From Sulfurospirillum sp. (lineage in GTDB: Bacteria; Campylobacterota; Campylobacteria; Campylobacterales; Sulfurospirillaceae): 64,000 bases of DNA. Shown here in pieces: positions 32,357 to 42,210 of the stretch. The DNA lies in contig JASFYR010000012.1 of the NCBI GenBank assembly GCA_045047115.1, forward strand, positions 1-64,000, in the 5' to 3' direction. The notes beneath the pieces were generated by a model, which was given only the letters and a program-made list of their open reading frames with translations, was not told the origin of the DNA and did no database searches. Numbering within the stretch: the first letter of the stretch is position 1; each line of letters opens with the position of its first letter. The translations under genes were made by a program, and so were the position numbers.

Positions 32357-32415
32357 TAAGCAAATCCTGTATATTTTTGCTATTATTATATAAAAAATTG
32401 GTTAATATTATGATA

Positions 32416-32886
32416 ATGGGCAAAATTTCTCATAACACTATGCTAGATGATTATATTCTAAATTTTGAACTCTCAAGTTTAGCGGATATTTCATCAAATG
32501 CTTATAGGTTTTGGAAAGGTGTAAGGGCTGTCAAGTATGATGAGTCAAGAGTAGTCTACCTTGAAAAAAAATCGATTCCTTACAAATATCGAAACTATAT
32601 TGATGGCTGTGCAGATTTAAGTGGCTATATTCAGGCTCAAGCCTTTTGCAAATATACTGGTTTAGCTTCTTCCCATTTGATTAAAAGTAATAATTCAAAG
32701 ATATATAAGATTTTTGATATATTGCAAGTCAGAAAAGTAAAATTTATAAATTTAAAAAATTTTTACGACTATATAGGTCTTGATTACAACTATCACATAT
32801 ATATAGAAAAATGTAGATATTTCGGACCGTTTCCATTGGAAAAAAAGATAAAACTAGATGGCGGTATGTGCGTGGGGTATTATTAA
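32416..32886 (+). CDS. conserved Campylobacterota hypothetical protein (soluble)
   Basis: LDDYI...NAYRFWK...DLSGY...FCKYTGL; start at 32410 or 32416. Confidence 0.7.
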   Translation: MGKISHNTMLDDYILNFELSSLADISSNAYRFWKGVRAVKYDESRVVYLEKKSIPYKYRNYIDGCADLSGYIQAQAFCKYTGLASSHLIKSNNSKIYKIFDILQVRKVKFINLKNFYDYIGLDYNYHIYIEKCRYFGPFPLEKKIKLDGGMCVGYY

Positions 32887-32998
32887 TGAAGTGCACTATA
32901 TATACTACTAAAAAGTATAGCCAATATAAAAGTTATACCTATGATTAAACGGAAATAGAAAGTTCTGTATTTTTTGTTCATATAAAATTATATCAAAA

Positions 32999-33024
32999 AT
33001 CGGGGAGTATAAAAACTCCCCGAT
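32999..33024. terminator. intrinsic terminator after the peroxiredoxin
   Basis: ATCGGGGAGT-ATAAAA-ACTCCCCGAT, followed by a T run on the minus strand. Confidence 0.8.
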
Positions 33025-33035
33025 AACATTAATTT

Positions 33036-33740
33036 TTATGAAAGTATTTCTTCTATAGTGATATAGTCCCCTACTCTTCCTGTCATCTTTTCGACATCAG
33101 TATTTACCGGAAGTGTTTTTTTGCCTTCTCTCCAGCCTGCAGGACAAACTTCACCTGTTTTTGTTGCATGTTGCCAAGCTCTAACCTGTCTTAAAAACTC
33201 ATTTACATTTCTTCCGACACTTGGCGCTTGTACTTCTTGAGCCACGCATACACCATCCGGATTTATAAGAAATCTACCTCTAAGGGCTATGCCTTCATCT
33301 TCTATCATCACACCAAAAGCACGACTTACATCACCTTTGGGATCAGCCCCCATAGTAAGTTTAAGGCCTTCAAGTAGAGGCTCAGTCTCTACAAATCTCT
33401 TATGTGAAAATTTAGTATCAGTCGATACAGCTAAAATCTCAACTCCAAGCTCAGTAAACTCATCATATTTGGCATTCATAGCTGCTATCTCAGTTGGGCA
33501 GACAAAAGTAAAATCTGCTGGATAAAAGCATACTACATGCCATTTACCTTTGTAATCTTCACTGCTTACTGTTGTAAAGTGACCTGTTTTTGCGTTATAC
33601 GCATCCATTTTAAACTCTGGTGTTTTTTGTAAAACCATTGATGAACTCATCTTTTTTCTCTCCTTATTTTTATCATTTTTTATCTCTGTTTCAATAACCT
33701 GTTTTTCTGTTTGAACAACAATATCTGAATCACATGCCAT
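33036..33740 (-). CDS. 2-Cys peroxiredoxin (AhpC/Prx1 type) with N-terminal extension
   Basis: FYPADFTFVCPTE; VGRNV; VCPAGW. Confidence 0.92.
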   Translation of the reverse strand: MACDSDIVVQTEKQVIETEIKNDKNKERKKMSSSMVLQKTPEFKMDAYNAKTGHFTTVSSEDYKGKWHVVCFYPADFTFVCPTEIAAMNAKYDEFTELGVEILAVSTDTKFSHKRFVETEPLLEGLKLTMGADPKGDVSRAFGVMIEDEGIALRGRFLINPDGVCVAQEVQAPSVGRNVNEFLRQVRAWQHATKTGEVCPAGWREGKKTLPVNTDVEKMTGRVGDYITIEEILS

Positions 33741-33872
33741 AATCAAATCCTTAAATGCTAATATTTTCTAACAAGGAAATTATATTATATAACTACTTAA
33801 AATAATATTAATTACTTGCAAAAAATTATTATTTATGTTATTATTCCAATAATAAATAAAAAAGGTACTGTT

Positions 33873-34280
33873 TTGTCACATATAGAATTATTAAAAAACC
33901 ATAAATTAAAAGCAACTCCACAAAGACTTTGTATATTGGATACTTTAGAGGAGTGTGGCCATGCAACTCTGGAGGATATACAAAAAATCATAAGCGAAAA
34001 GTATCCGACGCTTTCGCTTTCAACTATATATAGAAATTTAAATGATATGATAAAACAAGAGATAGTGAGTGAAGTAAAATTTGCAAACAAAAAAGACTAT
34101 TTTGAGATAAAAAAAGAGAAGCATGTTCATCTTGTTTGTCAAGAGTGCGGTAAGATAGAGGATTTTAAAATCAAAACAGATGATATCTCTAAAAAGATAG
34201 AAGATCTCACCGGAGATAAAGTGCTAAATGATACACTTACCTTCGATGTCATATGTAAAGATTGTCTAAGCGCAAAGTAG
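33873..34280 (+). CDS. Fur-family regulator, probably PerR
   Basis: LKATPQR; LSTIYRNL; HVHLVCQECG; CKDC; divergent from the peroxiredoxin; TTG start after AAAGG. Confidence 0.85.
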   Translation: MSHIELLKNHKLKATPQRLCILDTLEECGHATLEDIQKIISEKYPTLSLSTIYRNLNDMIKQEIVSEVKFANKKDYFEIKKEKHVHLVCQECGKIEDFKIKTDDISKKIEDLTGDKVLNDTLTFDVICKDCLSAK

Positions 34281-34309
34281 ATATACTCTCTTTCTTGTTT
34301 CCTGCATGT

Positions 34310-34397
34310 AGAGAGGTGTCCGAGTGGCTTAAGGAGCACGCTTGGAAAGCGTGTGTGGGGTAACTCACCGAGGGTTCGAATCCCTTCCTCTCTGCCA
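34310..34397 (+). tRNA. tRNA-Ser(GGA)
   Basis: Acceptor AGAGAGG/CCTCTCT-G-CCA; anticodon arm CACGC-TTGGAAA-GCGTG; long variable arm; GGTTCGAATCC. Confidence 0.96.
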
Positions 34398-34552
34398 CGA
34401 TAATTAATTTCGAAAATTCTGCAAATATGGTATTGGTGGTATTATCTACTTTATAAAATTACCCCCAGTATCCATAAGCTATTTTAGTCAAATTACATTT
34501 TTCCTATATATTTGATATAATAATAATTACAAATTAACTATAGGAGGTTATT

Positions 34553-34846
34553 ATGCTAGAGAAGAAGAAGATACTAAATATTTTAAAACAATATAAGATA
34601 GAACATAATACTGACTATGGTATTACAAAGATAGGTATATTTGGTTCTGTTGCTAGAGATGAAGCAAAAGAGAGTAGTGATGTTGATGTTGTAGTTGAGC
34701 TAAAAAAACCAAATCTTTTTACTCTTTCAAGCATACGATTAGAATTGGAAGATAAGTTAAAAAATCGTGTAGATGTTGTTAGATTAAGAGATAAAATGAA
34801 TCAATTTTTAAAAAGCCAAATTACTAAAGAAGCTATATATGTCTAA
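34553..34846 (+). CDS. MNT family nucleotidyltransferase antitoxin (MntA-like)
   Basis: GSVARDEAKESSDVD = GSX10DXD; AGGAGG RBS. Confidence 0.92.
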   Translation: MLEKKKILNILKQYKIEHNTDYGITKIGIFGSVARDEAKESSDVDVVVELKKPNLFTLSSIRLELEDKLKNRVDVVRLRDKMNQFLKSQITKEAIYV

Positions 34847-35207
34847 TGAAGTGTTATTAGAAGCATTAAAACAAATTTCTATTTCTGCAAAAAGAATTTT
34901 AAAAAGATTTGAGCAAGTTGATAGTGTAGATTATTTTTTAGATTCAGAAGATGGACTTGAAAAGATGGATGCTCTTTGTATGCAGTTGATAGCTATTGGT
35001 GAGAGTTTAAAAAATGTAGATAAATTGACAGATAAAAAACTTTTAATTAAATATCCTGATATAAATTGGAAAGCAGCTAAGGGAATAAGAGATATCATAA
35101 CTCATCATTATTTTGATTTGGATGCAGAATCTATATATGATGTTTGTGAAAACAATATTGAACCACTTTTAAAAACCATTGATAAGATAATAGAAGATAT
35201 AAGTTAA
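34839..35207 (+). CDS. HEPN/DUF86 ribonuclease toxin (HepT-like)
   Basis: IGE...YPDINW...RDIITHHY = RX4HXY; overlaps the MNT gene. Confidence 0.92.
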   Translation: MSNEVLLEALKQISISAKRILKRFEQVDSVDYFLDSEDGLEKMDALCMQLIAIGESLKNVDKLTDKKLLIKYPDINWKAAKGIRDIITHHYFDLDAESIYDVCENNIEPLLKTIDKIIEDIS

Positions 35208-35406
35208 ATTTCGGTGTCGTCTCGATGCATTTTATTAGTATAAAATCTAATTTTTTAAAGAATATTTAAATTTGAAAAACCCAGTAAATACGGTATTTAG
35301 TGGTATTATGTAGGTTATAAAATTGCTTCAAGCATTCGAAGCCACTATATTCAATTACAAGGGTGCAAAAGTCATTTAAATTTCGAGTTTAGGGCTATTA
35401 AACGCT

Positions 35407-35470
35407 CTTCAAGCCTGATGGCGGCAAGTTGACTAATTGTCAATAGATTGATTCCTACATCTTCTCGCCG
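35407..35470 (+). pseudogene. decayed 3' half of tRNA-Sec (selC-like)
   Basis: CTTCAA (TCA anticodon loop), long variable arm GGCAA..TTGTC, broken T arm ATAGATTGATTCCTAC, acceptor strand ATCTTCTCGCC; no 5' half upstream. Confidence 0.6.
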
Positions 35471-35760
35471 TACTTTGTAAGGATTTACAGCTACTCAGTA
35501 GCTAACTATATGTCTTTTTTAACCAATTTTTGATAGATTAGAGAAGTAAAAGTGGCTATTTTAGGGTTTTTGAACTGATTGTAAATTTTCCCTTCCTTTC
35601 TGCCATTTATATAATTCAAACAGATCTTAAATAATCTATACCATTTATGTTTGCGGCTGTAAAAGTTAAAAAAGAGTATCCCAAGAGTATCATTTAGTCT
35701 TAATATCTATGAACTATACTGTTATGTCAGAGTATTTTTCTTTACATCTTCTATATTTTA

Positions 35761-35800
35761 TGCTACAATTTCGTTATATAAAAAAAAATATAACGAAATT
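35761..35800 (+). promoter_or_regulatory. modA promoter with ModE-type operator
   Basis: TGcTACAAT extended -10; perfect 13-bp IR AATTTCGTTATAT-N8-ATATAACGAAATT containing CGTTATAT...ATATAACG. Confidence 0.85.
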
Positions 35801-35811
35801 GGAGAAATTAG

Positions 35812-36552
35812 ATGTTTAAGAAAATAGTGTTGTTCCTTGTTTTGAGTGTTGTTGTGTTTGCTTCTAGCATAAAAGTTGCGGTTGCTGCAAATGTCAGTTT
35901 TGCTATAGATGATATCATAGCAGCCTTTCATACCAAATATCCTGATGTTAAAGTAGGTGTAATTTTAGGTAGTAGTGGAAAGTTAAATGCGCAGATCAAA
36001 AGAGGTGCTCCTTTTGATGTCTTTATGGCGGCAAATATGAGATATCCCCAAGATTTGTTTAATAATGGTTTGGCTATATCGCCCGCAAAGATTTATGCGC
36101 AAGGAGCTTTGGCTATATTTAGTGTTAAAAAGAGGGATTTTTCAAAGGGTATCTATATAGCAAAAGAGAGTTCTATCTCAAGAATTGCCATAACAAATCC
36201 AAATACTGCACCTTATGGCAAGGCTGCTGTTGAAGCTTTGAAAAACGCAAAGATATACAAAGATATAAAAGATAAATTTGTTTATGCCGAGAGTGTTTCG
36301 CAAACAGTTCAGTATGCTATGACGGCAGCTGATATAGGTTTCATCGCCAAATCTACACTTTTTAGTTCAAAAATGAAGAGGTTTAAAAAAGGGAAAAATT
36401 GGATAGAGACAGATAAAAATCTATATACCCCTATAAAGCAGGGAGTAGTTATCATCAAATCCACAAAAAATCTAAAAGCCGCAAAAGAATTTTATGATTT
36501 TATTCTCTCACATAAAGCCAAAAAAGTCTTCAAAAATTATGGCTATCTATGA
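35812..36552 (+). CDS. modA: molybdate ABC transporter substrate-binding protein
   Basis: VAVAAN; GSSGKL..QI..GAPFDVF; APYGKAA. Confidence 0.95.
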   Translation: MFKKIVLFLVLSVVVFASSIKVAVAANVSFAIDDIIAAFHTKYPDVKVGVILGSSGKLNAQIKRGAPFDVFMAANMRYPQDLFNNGLAISPAKIYAQGALAIFSVKKRDFSKGIYIAKESSISRIAITNPNTAPYGKAAVEALKNAKIYKDIKDKFVYAESVSQTVQYAMTAADIGFIAKSTLFSSKMKRFKKGKNWIETDKNLYTPIKQGVVIIKSTKNLKAAKEFYDFILSHKAKKVFKNYGYL

Positions 36553-36953
36553 ATAAAATAGAAGCAATAGTTAAAGAGATACAAGGAAGTGATGCCCTGC
36601 ATGTAGTGACATTTGGGGCTAAAAATGAAGAGTTTACGATGATGGCATTGGAGCTTCCAAAAAATGTCAAAGAGGGTGTGAGGGTAACTCTTGGTATCAA
36701 GCCCTCTTTTGTGCTTATTGCAAAAGAAAAATCAAAAAATATAAGCTTGACAAATCAGATAGATGCCTCTATAACAGATTTAGATATCGGAAAGCTTTTG
36801 GTAACTGTAAAACTAAAAAGTGAAGCAGGTGTCTTTGAGTCACTTATAACAAAAAAATCTTATGATATGATGGGTTTGGAAGAAGATCAAAAAGTAGTTG
36901 TAATGATGAAAGCGAGTGAAATTTCAATCATAGAGGTCAAAGATGTCGTTTAA
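36549..36953 (+). CDS. TOBE/Mop domain molybdate-binding protein
   Basis: ISLTNQI; SLIT..S...MGL; KASEI. Confidence 0.85.
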   Translation: MNKIEAIVKEIQGSDALHVVTFGAKNEEFTMMALELPKNVKEGVRVTLGIKPSFVLIAKEKSKNISLTNQIDASITDLDIGKLLVTVKLKSEAGVFESLITKKSYDMMGLEEDQKVVVMMKASEISIIEVKDVV

Positions 36954-37623
36954 TTTTGAACCGTTTTTTCTCTCCTTTAAGCTCGCATCCATAGTCAGTA
37001 TCATTCTTTTTCTCATAGCTCTTCCGCTTGCATGGAAACTTTCGCAAAGCAACTCAAAGTTCAAACCTATATATGAGGCCTTTAGTGCTCTGCCTATCGT
37101 TTTGCCCCCTACAGTCTTGGGGTTTTATGTACTTTTTGCTCTTTCTGCCAACTCGCCTTTGGGCATATTTATAGAGGATATATTTGGCGTCAAAATGGTA
37201 TTTAATTTTTACGGGCTTGTAATTGCCAGTTGTCTCTACTCTTTTCCTTTTATGCTCCAACCCTTGCAAAGTGGCTTTGAATCTCTACCTAAATCCCTCA
37301 TAGAGGCTTCATATCTATGTGGAAAGAGTAGTCTTCAAACACTTTTGTATGTTGCCCTGCCAAATATAAAATCCTCCATTATGACTGCCGTTGTCATCAC
37401 TTTTGCGCATACTGTTGGTGAATTTGGTGTAGTTTTGATGGTCGGAGGCAGTATCCCGGGTGAAACAAAAGTTGCCTCTATCGCTATCTATGAGTTTGTA
37501 GAGACACTAGATTACAGAAGTGCCCACATATATTCAGCCATCATGGTTCTTATCAGTTTTACAGTTTTGCTGTTAGTCTATATCTTTAACTATAAACAGA
37601 AAAAAATAGGGGTTTTAAGATGA
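36943..37623 (+). CDS. modB: molybdate ABC transporter permease
   Basis: [29 protein letters not shown]. Confidence 0.95.
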   Translation: MSFNFEPFFLSFKLASIVSIILFLIALPLAWKLSQSNSKFKPIYEAFSALPIVLPPTVLGFYVLFALSANSPLGIFIEDIFGVKMVFNFYGLVIASCLYSFPFMLQPLQSGFESLPKSLIEASYLCGKSSLQTLLYVALPNIKSSIMTAVVITFAHTVGEFGVVLMVGGSIPGETKVASIAIYEFVETLDYRSAHIYSAIMVLISFTVLLLVYIFNYKQKKIGVLR

Positions 37624-38477
37624 TAAATATAGGTGTAAAAAAGAGGCTGTTTGGCTCAAAAGGGGATATGGATTTAGATATAAGTCTTAGTATAAAAGAT
37701 GGTTCATTTGTCTCAATTTTGGGTAAAAGTGGAAGTGGTAAGACTACACTTTTGCGTATACTCGCCGGATTAGAAAGTGCCAAAGGTAATATTAAAGTAA
37801 ATGATGAGATTTGGTTGGATAAAAATAAAATGTTTCACCCAAGAGAGCGAAGTGTCGGTTTTGTGTTTCAAGATTATGCACTTTTTCCAAATATGAGCGT
37901 CAAAGAAAATCTCCTGTTTGCAAATCAGGATGAAGATTTGGCAAAAAAACTTTTAGAGATGACAGAGCTTGGTGAGTTGAAAGATACCTTACCTCCAATG
38001 CTCTCAGGTGGACAGCAACAAAGAGTCTCGATTTGCAGAGCATTGATGCGAAAGCCGAAGATTTTACTTTTGGATGAGCCACTTTCAGCACTGGATATGC
38101 AGATGAGAGAGAAGTTGCAACTTGAGATTTTAGAGCTTCATAAAACTTTTAAGACAACTACTATCATGGTAAGCCACAGCCCAAATGAGATATATAAGAT
38201 GAGTGACTTTGTAGCACTTGTTGAAGATGGAAAAGTCAAAAAATATGGAAATCCAAAAGAAATTTTACTAAAGACAAGCGGAAGTCAAAAGTTTTCATTT
38301 GGAGGTAGAATCCTGGATATGTACAAAGCAGATATCTTATATGTTGCTGTTATAGCGATAGACAATCAGATAGTAGAGATTGTTTTGGACTCAAATGAAG
38401 CAAAAATTTTAAAAGTTGGAGACAGTGTAAGAGTCAGTACAAAGGCTTTTTCTCCTGTTGTTGCAAAAAGCAGGTGA
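37620..38477 (+). CDS. modC: molybdate ABC transporter ATPase
   Basis: [29 protein letters not shown]. Confidence 0.92.
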   Translation: MINIGVKKRLFGSKGDMDLDISLSIKDGSFVSILGKSGSGKTTLLRILAGLESAKGNIKVNDEIWLDKNKMFHPRERSVGFVFQDYALFPNMSVKENLLFANQDEDLAKKLLEMTELGELKDTLPPMLSGGQQQRVSICRALMRKPKILLLDEPLSALDMQMREKLQLEILELHKTFKTTTIMVSHSPNEIYKMSDFVALVEDGKVKKYGNPKEILLKTSGSQKFSFGGRILDMYKADILYVAVIAIDNQIVEIVLDSNEAKILKVGDSVRVSTKAFSPVVAKSR

Positions 38478-38481
38478 GATT

Positions 38482-38540
38482 TTATTACTCCACTGACTAA
38501 ATACACCAATTTTTGGTGTATTTAGTCAGTGGAGTAATAA
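38482..38540. repeat. perfect 28-bp inverted repeat (probable bidirectional terminator)
   Basis: TTATTACTCCACTGACTAAATACACCAA-TTT-TTGGTGTATTTAGTCAGTGGAGTAATAA. Confidence 0.95.
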
Positions 38541-40741
38541 TCTATAAACTCTTTTGGTTGTGAAAAAAGATATCCTTGTGAATATTCTATATCTAGCTTC
38601 GCGACACTGTTTTGTATCTCTTCATTTTCAACAAATTCAGCAATTAATTCTATCCCTAAAGAATGAGCAAAATCACTGATGGTTTTTGTTATTTTAAAAC
38701 TTTTTAGATTTGTATAAATTGTTTTGATATATTTTTTATCAATTTTAATAAAGTCTATATCAAGTTCACTTATTCTTTCAAAATTTGAATACTCTACCCC
38801 AAAATCATCTACGGCAATTTTGAATCCTGCTTTTTTTATTTTCTTTAACTGCTTTATGTTGTTTTTGGCACCGATAGTCGTTATACCTTCTAATATTTCC
38901 AGCGTTACTCTGCTAGGATTTATATCATATCTTTTTACTGTTTTAAGCAGATAGTCTTCCAGCTTGTGTGTAATCAGATCATCTTCGGTGATGTTTATAG
39001 ATATCTCTATAAGTTTATCCAAACACGAGAGGTATTTACAACTTTTTTCTATTATTATTCTTGTGATTTCATGTAAAAATCCACTATCTTTTGCTATATC
39101 TATAAAAAGAAAAGGGTTATATATCATATCTTTGCTTTTTATTCTAGCAAGTGCTTCGTATTTAGTGATTTTACCCGTTCGGTTGTCTTTTATACCTTGA
39201 AAATAGGGAATTATCTCTGAATATTTTTGTAAAAATATGGCATCATACAGTAAGCTATTGTATTTGATAAAATTATCATTTGCATCTTTTTTTCTATAAG
39301 AAATGAAATCAGAAAAAGGGTATTGTTTTGCATCCTTTACAGCGATAGACATTTTGCTGAGAAGTTTCTCTTCTTTGGCAGAGACTACCCCAAAACTAAA
39401 TGAAATTCTTAAATTTATAGCACCTTTTAATATCTTGATGGAATCATTTATGAATTTATGTTTTATTTCTCTTATCTCTTTTTTGTGGTTGTATGAAAAA
39501 AATAAAAATTCATCAGAATTTATCCTATATATTTTTCTGTCTAATAAATTTTCTATTCGTTTGGTTAAGATTTTTAGGACTATGTCTCCTGTGTCAAATC
39601 CGTATGCCTCATTTATTTTGCTAAAATTTCTAACATTTAGCATAACGGTTTTGCCCTCTTTGTGTTTTTTAAGATCTTCTTTAAATTTAATTTTTTTATA
39701 TGCCCCTGTTGTCAAATCCATATAGAATAATTTCATCTTTTCATCGATTTGATTCTGAACTTCCTTGTCTAAATCAGAGATATGTCTAAGACCTTCTGTA
39801 TGTTTTTTAAACACTAAAGTGGTGGTAATTATAAAGACAATTGCCATCAAGATAATTATCACAAGTAGAGCGATTCCTTTTTGTGCCAATTCAAATTTAT
39901 CATAAACGAAAGCTGTAAATTTCCCTATTTTCTGGTTTCTTGAGTTATAAATTGGGATATTAAGAACATAGTATCCATCAATTATTTCGTCTGCTTTAGG
40001 TACAAATTTATAAGTTTTGATAGCTGCAAAATAGCCAGCTTTATATTTTTTGAATAATTTTATAATCTCTGGGTTTAAATTTTGATTTGATACTATATAG
40101 TTCTGCGTAGAGAGGTTTTGACATGGTATTTTTGCTGAGTTAGCAAATTTCTTGTTAATTATGACTACGCTATTTACCATATTGTTGCGTAACTCGTTGG
40201 AGATAGAACTAAAATCAGAGATTGTCTCAACAATACCTAAAAAATTATGATTTTTATCATAAATTGGTGCAATTCCTCTAAAACCTATGCCAAATTTATC
40301 TACATTGATATTTATGTGTGGACGAGGTTTTCTAGAGAAAGACAAGAACTCTTTTTTTTGGTTCAATGAATTTTCTTCCAATCTTTTGGCTGTCCAAGAG
40401 ATATAACGACTGATTCCATTTTTATCAATTATACGAATCTTTATATTTTCATAGTGAAAATACCCTTTTGCGTTCTCAAAAAAATAATTTGAGTATAAAC
40501 TTTGAAATTTGTCACTGCCCATGATGTCTATTAGTTTGGCATTGGTTGCAAGATTTTTTGCCAATGCTAAAGTATCATGTTTTTGTATTTTTATCTCGCT
40601 TTTTATCTCTCTTCTTATGGAGTCTGTATAATTTAACCCACTGCTTTTAAAGTAATTGTTTTGTAAGATAAAATATGAAATGATAGATAGTATAAATACA
40701 GATACTAAAAATAAAATTAATGTGATTCCATTTTTAAACAT
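38522..40741 (-). CDS. membrane sensor GGDEF-EAL protein, probable c-di-GMP phosphodiesterase
   Basis: TM-periplasmic Cache-like-TM; degenerate NSDEF; intact EAL, DDFG, IKID, AEFVE, QGY. Confidence 0.88.
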   Translation of the reverse strand: MFKNGITLILFLVSVFILSIISYFILQNNYFKSSGLNYTDSIRREIKSEIKIQKHDTLALAKNLATNAKLIDIMGSDKFQSLYSNYFFENAKGYFHYENIKIRIIDKNGISRYISWTAKRLEENSLNQKKEFLSFSRKPRPHININVDKFGIGFRGIAPIYDKNHNFLGIVETISDFSSISNELRNNMVNSVVIINKKFANSAKIPCQNLSTQNYIVSNQNLNPEIIKLFKKYKAGYFAAIKTYKFVPKADEIIDGYYVLNIPIYNSRNQKIGKFTAFVYDKFELAQKGIALLVIIILMAIVFIITTTLVFKKHTEGLRHISDLDKEVQNQIDEKMKLFYMDLTTGAYKKIKFKEDLKKHKEGKTVMLNVRNFSKINEAYGFDTGDIVLKILTKRIENLLDRKIYRINSDEFLFFSYNHKKEIREIKHKFINDSIKILKGAINLRISFSFGVVSAKEEKLLSKMSIAVKDAKQYPFSDFISYRKKDANDNFIKYNSLLYDAIFLQKYSEIIPYFQGIKDNRTGKITKYEALARIKSKDMIYNPFLFIDIAKDSGFLHEITRIIIEKSCKYLSCLDKLIEISINITEDDLITHKLEDYLLKTVKRYDINPSRVTLEILEGITTIGAKNNIKQLKKIKKAGFKIAVDDFGVEYSNFERISELDIDFIKIDKKYIKTIYTNLKSFKITKTISDFAHSLGIELIAEFVENEEIQNSVAKLDIEYSQGYLFSQPKEFIDYYSTD

Positions 40742-40920
40742 CAGTGCGATTTATATATGCTATACAAGTTTGCATTAATTCCCTTTTTAATTTGCTAGAA
40801 AACCTAAAATATATACTTAAAACGGGGTATTCTACAAGATGTAAAATTTAATGTTAAGTAATGTAGATGAGAAATACCAGCAATCCTTGGGACTGCCGGT
40901 AGGTTTGAACCAAATTCTTT

Positions 40921-41418
40921 TTACCAAATCACACTTGGTAATGATGGCGGAGGAGTTGTTGGTAGTCTATATTTTATAAATCCAAATCCAGCTCCCGCAT
41001 GACAGTTATTACAGCCTTCTTCTGCTGCTGCATATGATGCTGTAAATGCATTCCAGTCTTTTGCTTTGATAGCTTTTTGAATCGGAGCCAAATAGGTGCT
41101 CTCGAATGCTTTTAACTCTGCTTTGTGGCCAGGTCTTGTAATTTCGCCTACTTCTTGAATTTCAGGCATCTCTTTTATTTCATAGCCAGCCAAACCCCAG
41201 TTTCCCGCTCTTGCTGCATAGTATCCTACATAAAATCTATGACTATATTCAATCATAACTGTACCAAGTCCAGGCTGGATTTTAGCTATTTGACCAAGTG
41301 TCATGTGTTTGTTGTGCTTTGTAGGCACTACTTGGTCATTCATATTCTTTGCATTTGCACCAACGCCTGCAAATAATCCAATAACCGCTGCAGATAACAG
41401 TAATTTTGTAACTTTCAT
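40921..41418 (-). CDS. periplasmic monoheme c-type cytochrome (cytochrome c'-like, C-terminal CxxCH)
   Basis: Signal peptide; CNNCH near the C-terminus; AAGGAG RBS. Confidence 0.8.
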   Translation of the reverse strand: MKVTKLLLSAAVIGLFAGVGANAKNMNDQVVPTKHNKHMTLGQIAKIQPGLGTVMIEYSHRFYVGYYAARAGNWGLAGYEIKEMPEIQEVGEITRPGHKAELKAFESTYLAPIQKAIKAKDWNAFTASYAAAEEGCNNCHAGAGFGFIKYRLPTTPPPSLPSVIW

Positions 41419-41541
41419 CTTAACTCCTTTTAAGTTTTATAACGAAAGTTTAGCACCAAATGCTTTAAGCTTCATTTAAGTTTAAATTAATTTTTTTTCA
41501 TCTTTTAGCTTCGTTTTATTAATTTTTGTTAATATGTGAGT

Positions 41542-42210
41542 ATGAATATTTTAATAGTAGAAGACGATAAAAAGATAGCAAATTATTCCAAAGACGGTTT
41601 TGAAGAAGAGGGTTTTATCGTTGAAGTGGCATATAGCGGTGAAGATGGACTGAAATTTATAAAAACCAATACCTATGATGCCATTATTTTGGATTGGATG
41701 CTCCCTGGAATCGATGGTGTAGAAGTATGTAAAAAGATAAGAGAATTAGGCCTGACTACGCCTGTCATAATGCTCACAGCGAAGGTTTTTATAGAGGATA
41801 AAGTGTTGGGACTCAACAGTGGTGCTGACGATTATATTCCTAAGCCATTTTATTTTGAAGAGCTACTGGCTAGAGTAAATGCTCTTATGAGAAGAGCTTC
41901 ATACAGCAGTAACCCCTACATCAAAGTTGCCGACTTGGTATTGGATACATACAAAAGAGAGGTAACAAGAGGTGGAAGAGTGATAGAGCTTACACCAAAA
42001 GAGTATGGTATCTTGGAGCTGTTAGTTAAAAATCGAGGTAAGATTGTCAGGCTTAAGACTATCATCAATGAGCTTTGGGAAAATGAAGATGATATAAGCA
42101 GTAACATCATAAATGTCTATATGCACCACCTAAGGCATAAAATAGACAGTGAATTTGAACAAAAACTCATAACTACAGTGAGAAAGCATGGTTTTAGGAT
42201 AGAGAGTTAA
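41542..42210 (+). CDS. OmpR-family response regulator
   Basis: ILIVEDD; LDWMLP; GADDYIPKPF; winged helix LTPKEY...LRHKID...TVR. Confidence 0.95.
   Translation: MNILIVEDDKKIANYSKDGFEEEGFIVEVAYSGEDGLKFIKTNTYDAIILDWMLPGIDGVEVCKKIRELGLTTPVIMLTAKVFIEDKVLGLNSGADDYIPKPFYFEELLARVNALMRRASYSSNPYIKVADLVLDTYKREVTRGGRVIELTPKEYGILELLVKNRGKIVRLKTIINELWENEDDISSNIINVYMHHLRHKIDSEFEQKLITTVRKHGFRIES

Larger units (their letters stand above)
34381..35605. mobile_element. integrase-less genomic islet at tRNA-Ser, bounded by direct repeats
   Basis: TCCCTTCCTCTCTGCCA (34381-34397) is repeated as TCCCTTCCTTTCTGCCA (35589-35605), 16/17 identical. Confidence 0.75.

Noticed and set aside
33838..33855. TTATTATT-CC-AATAATAA as a PerR operator
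   Set aside because: Plausible location, but too AT-rich to distinguish from background by eye.
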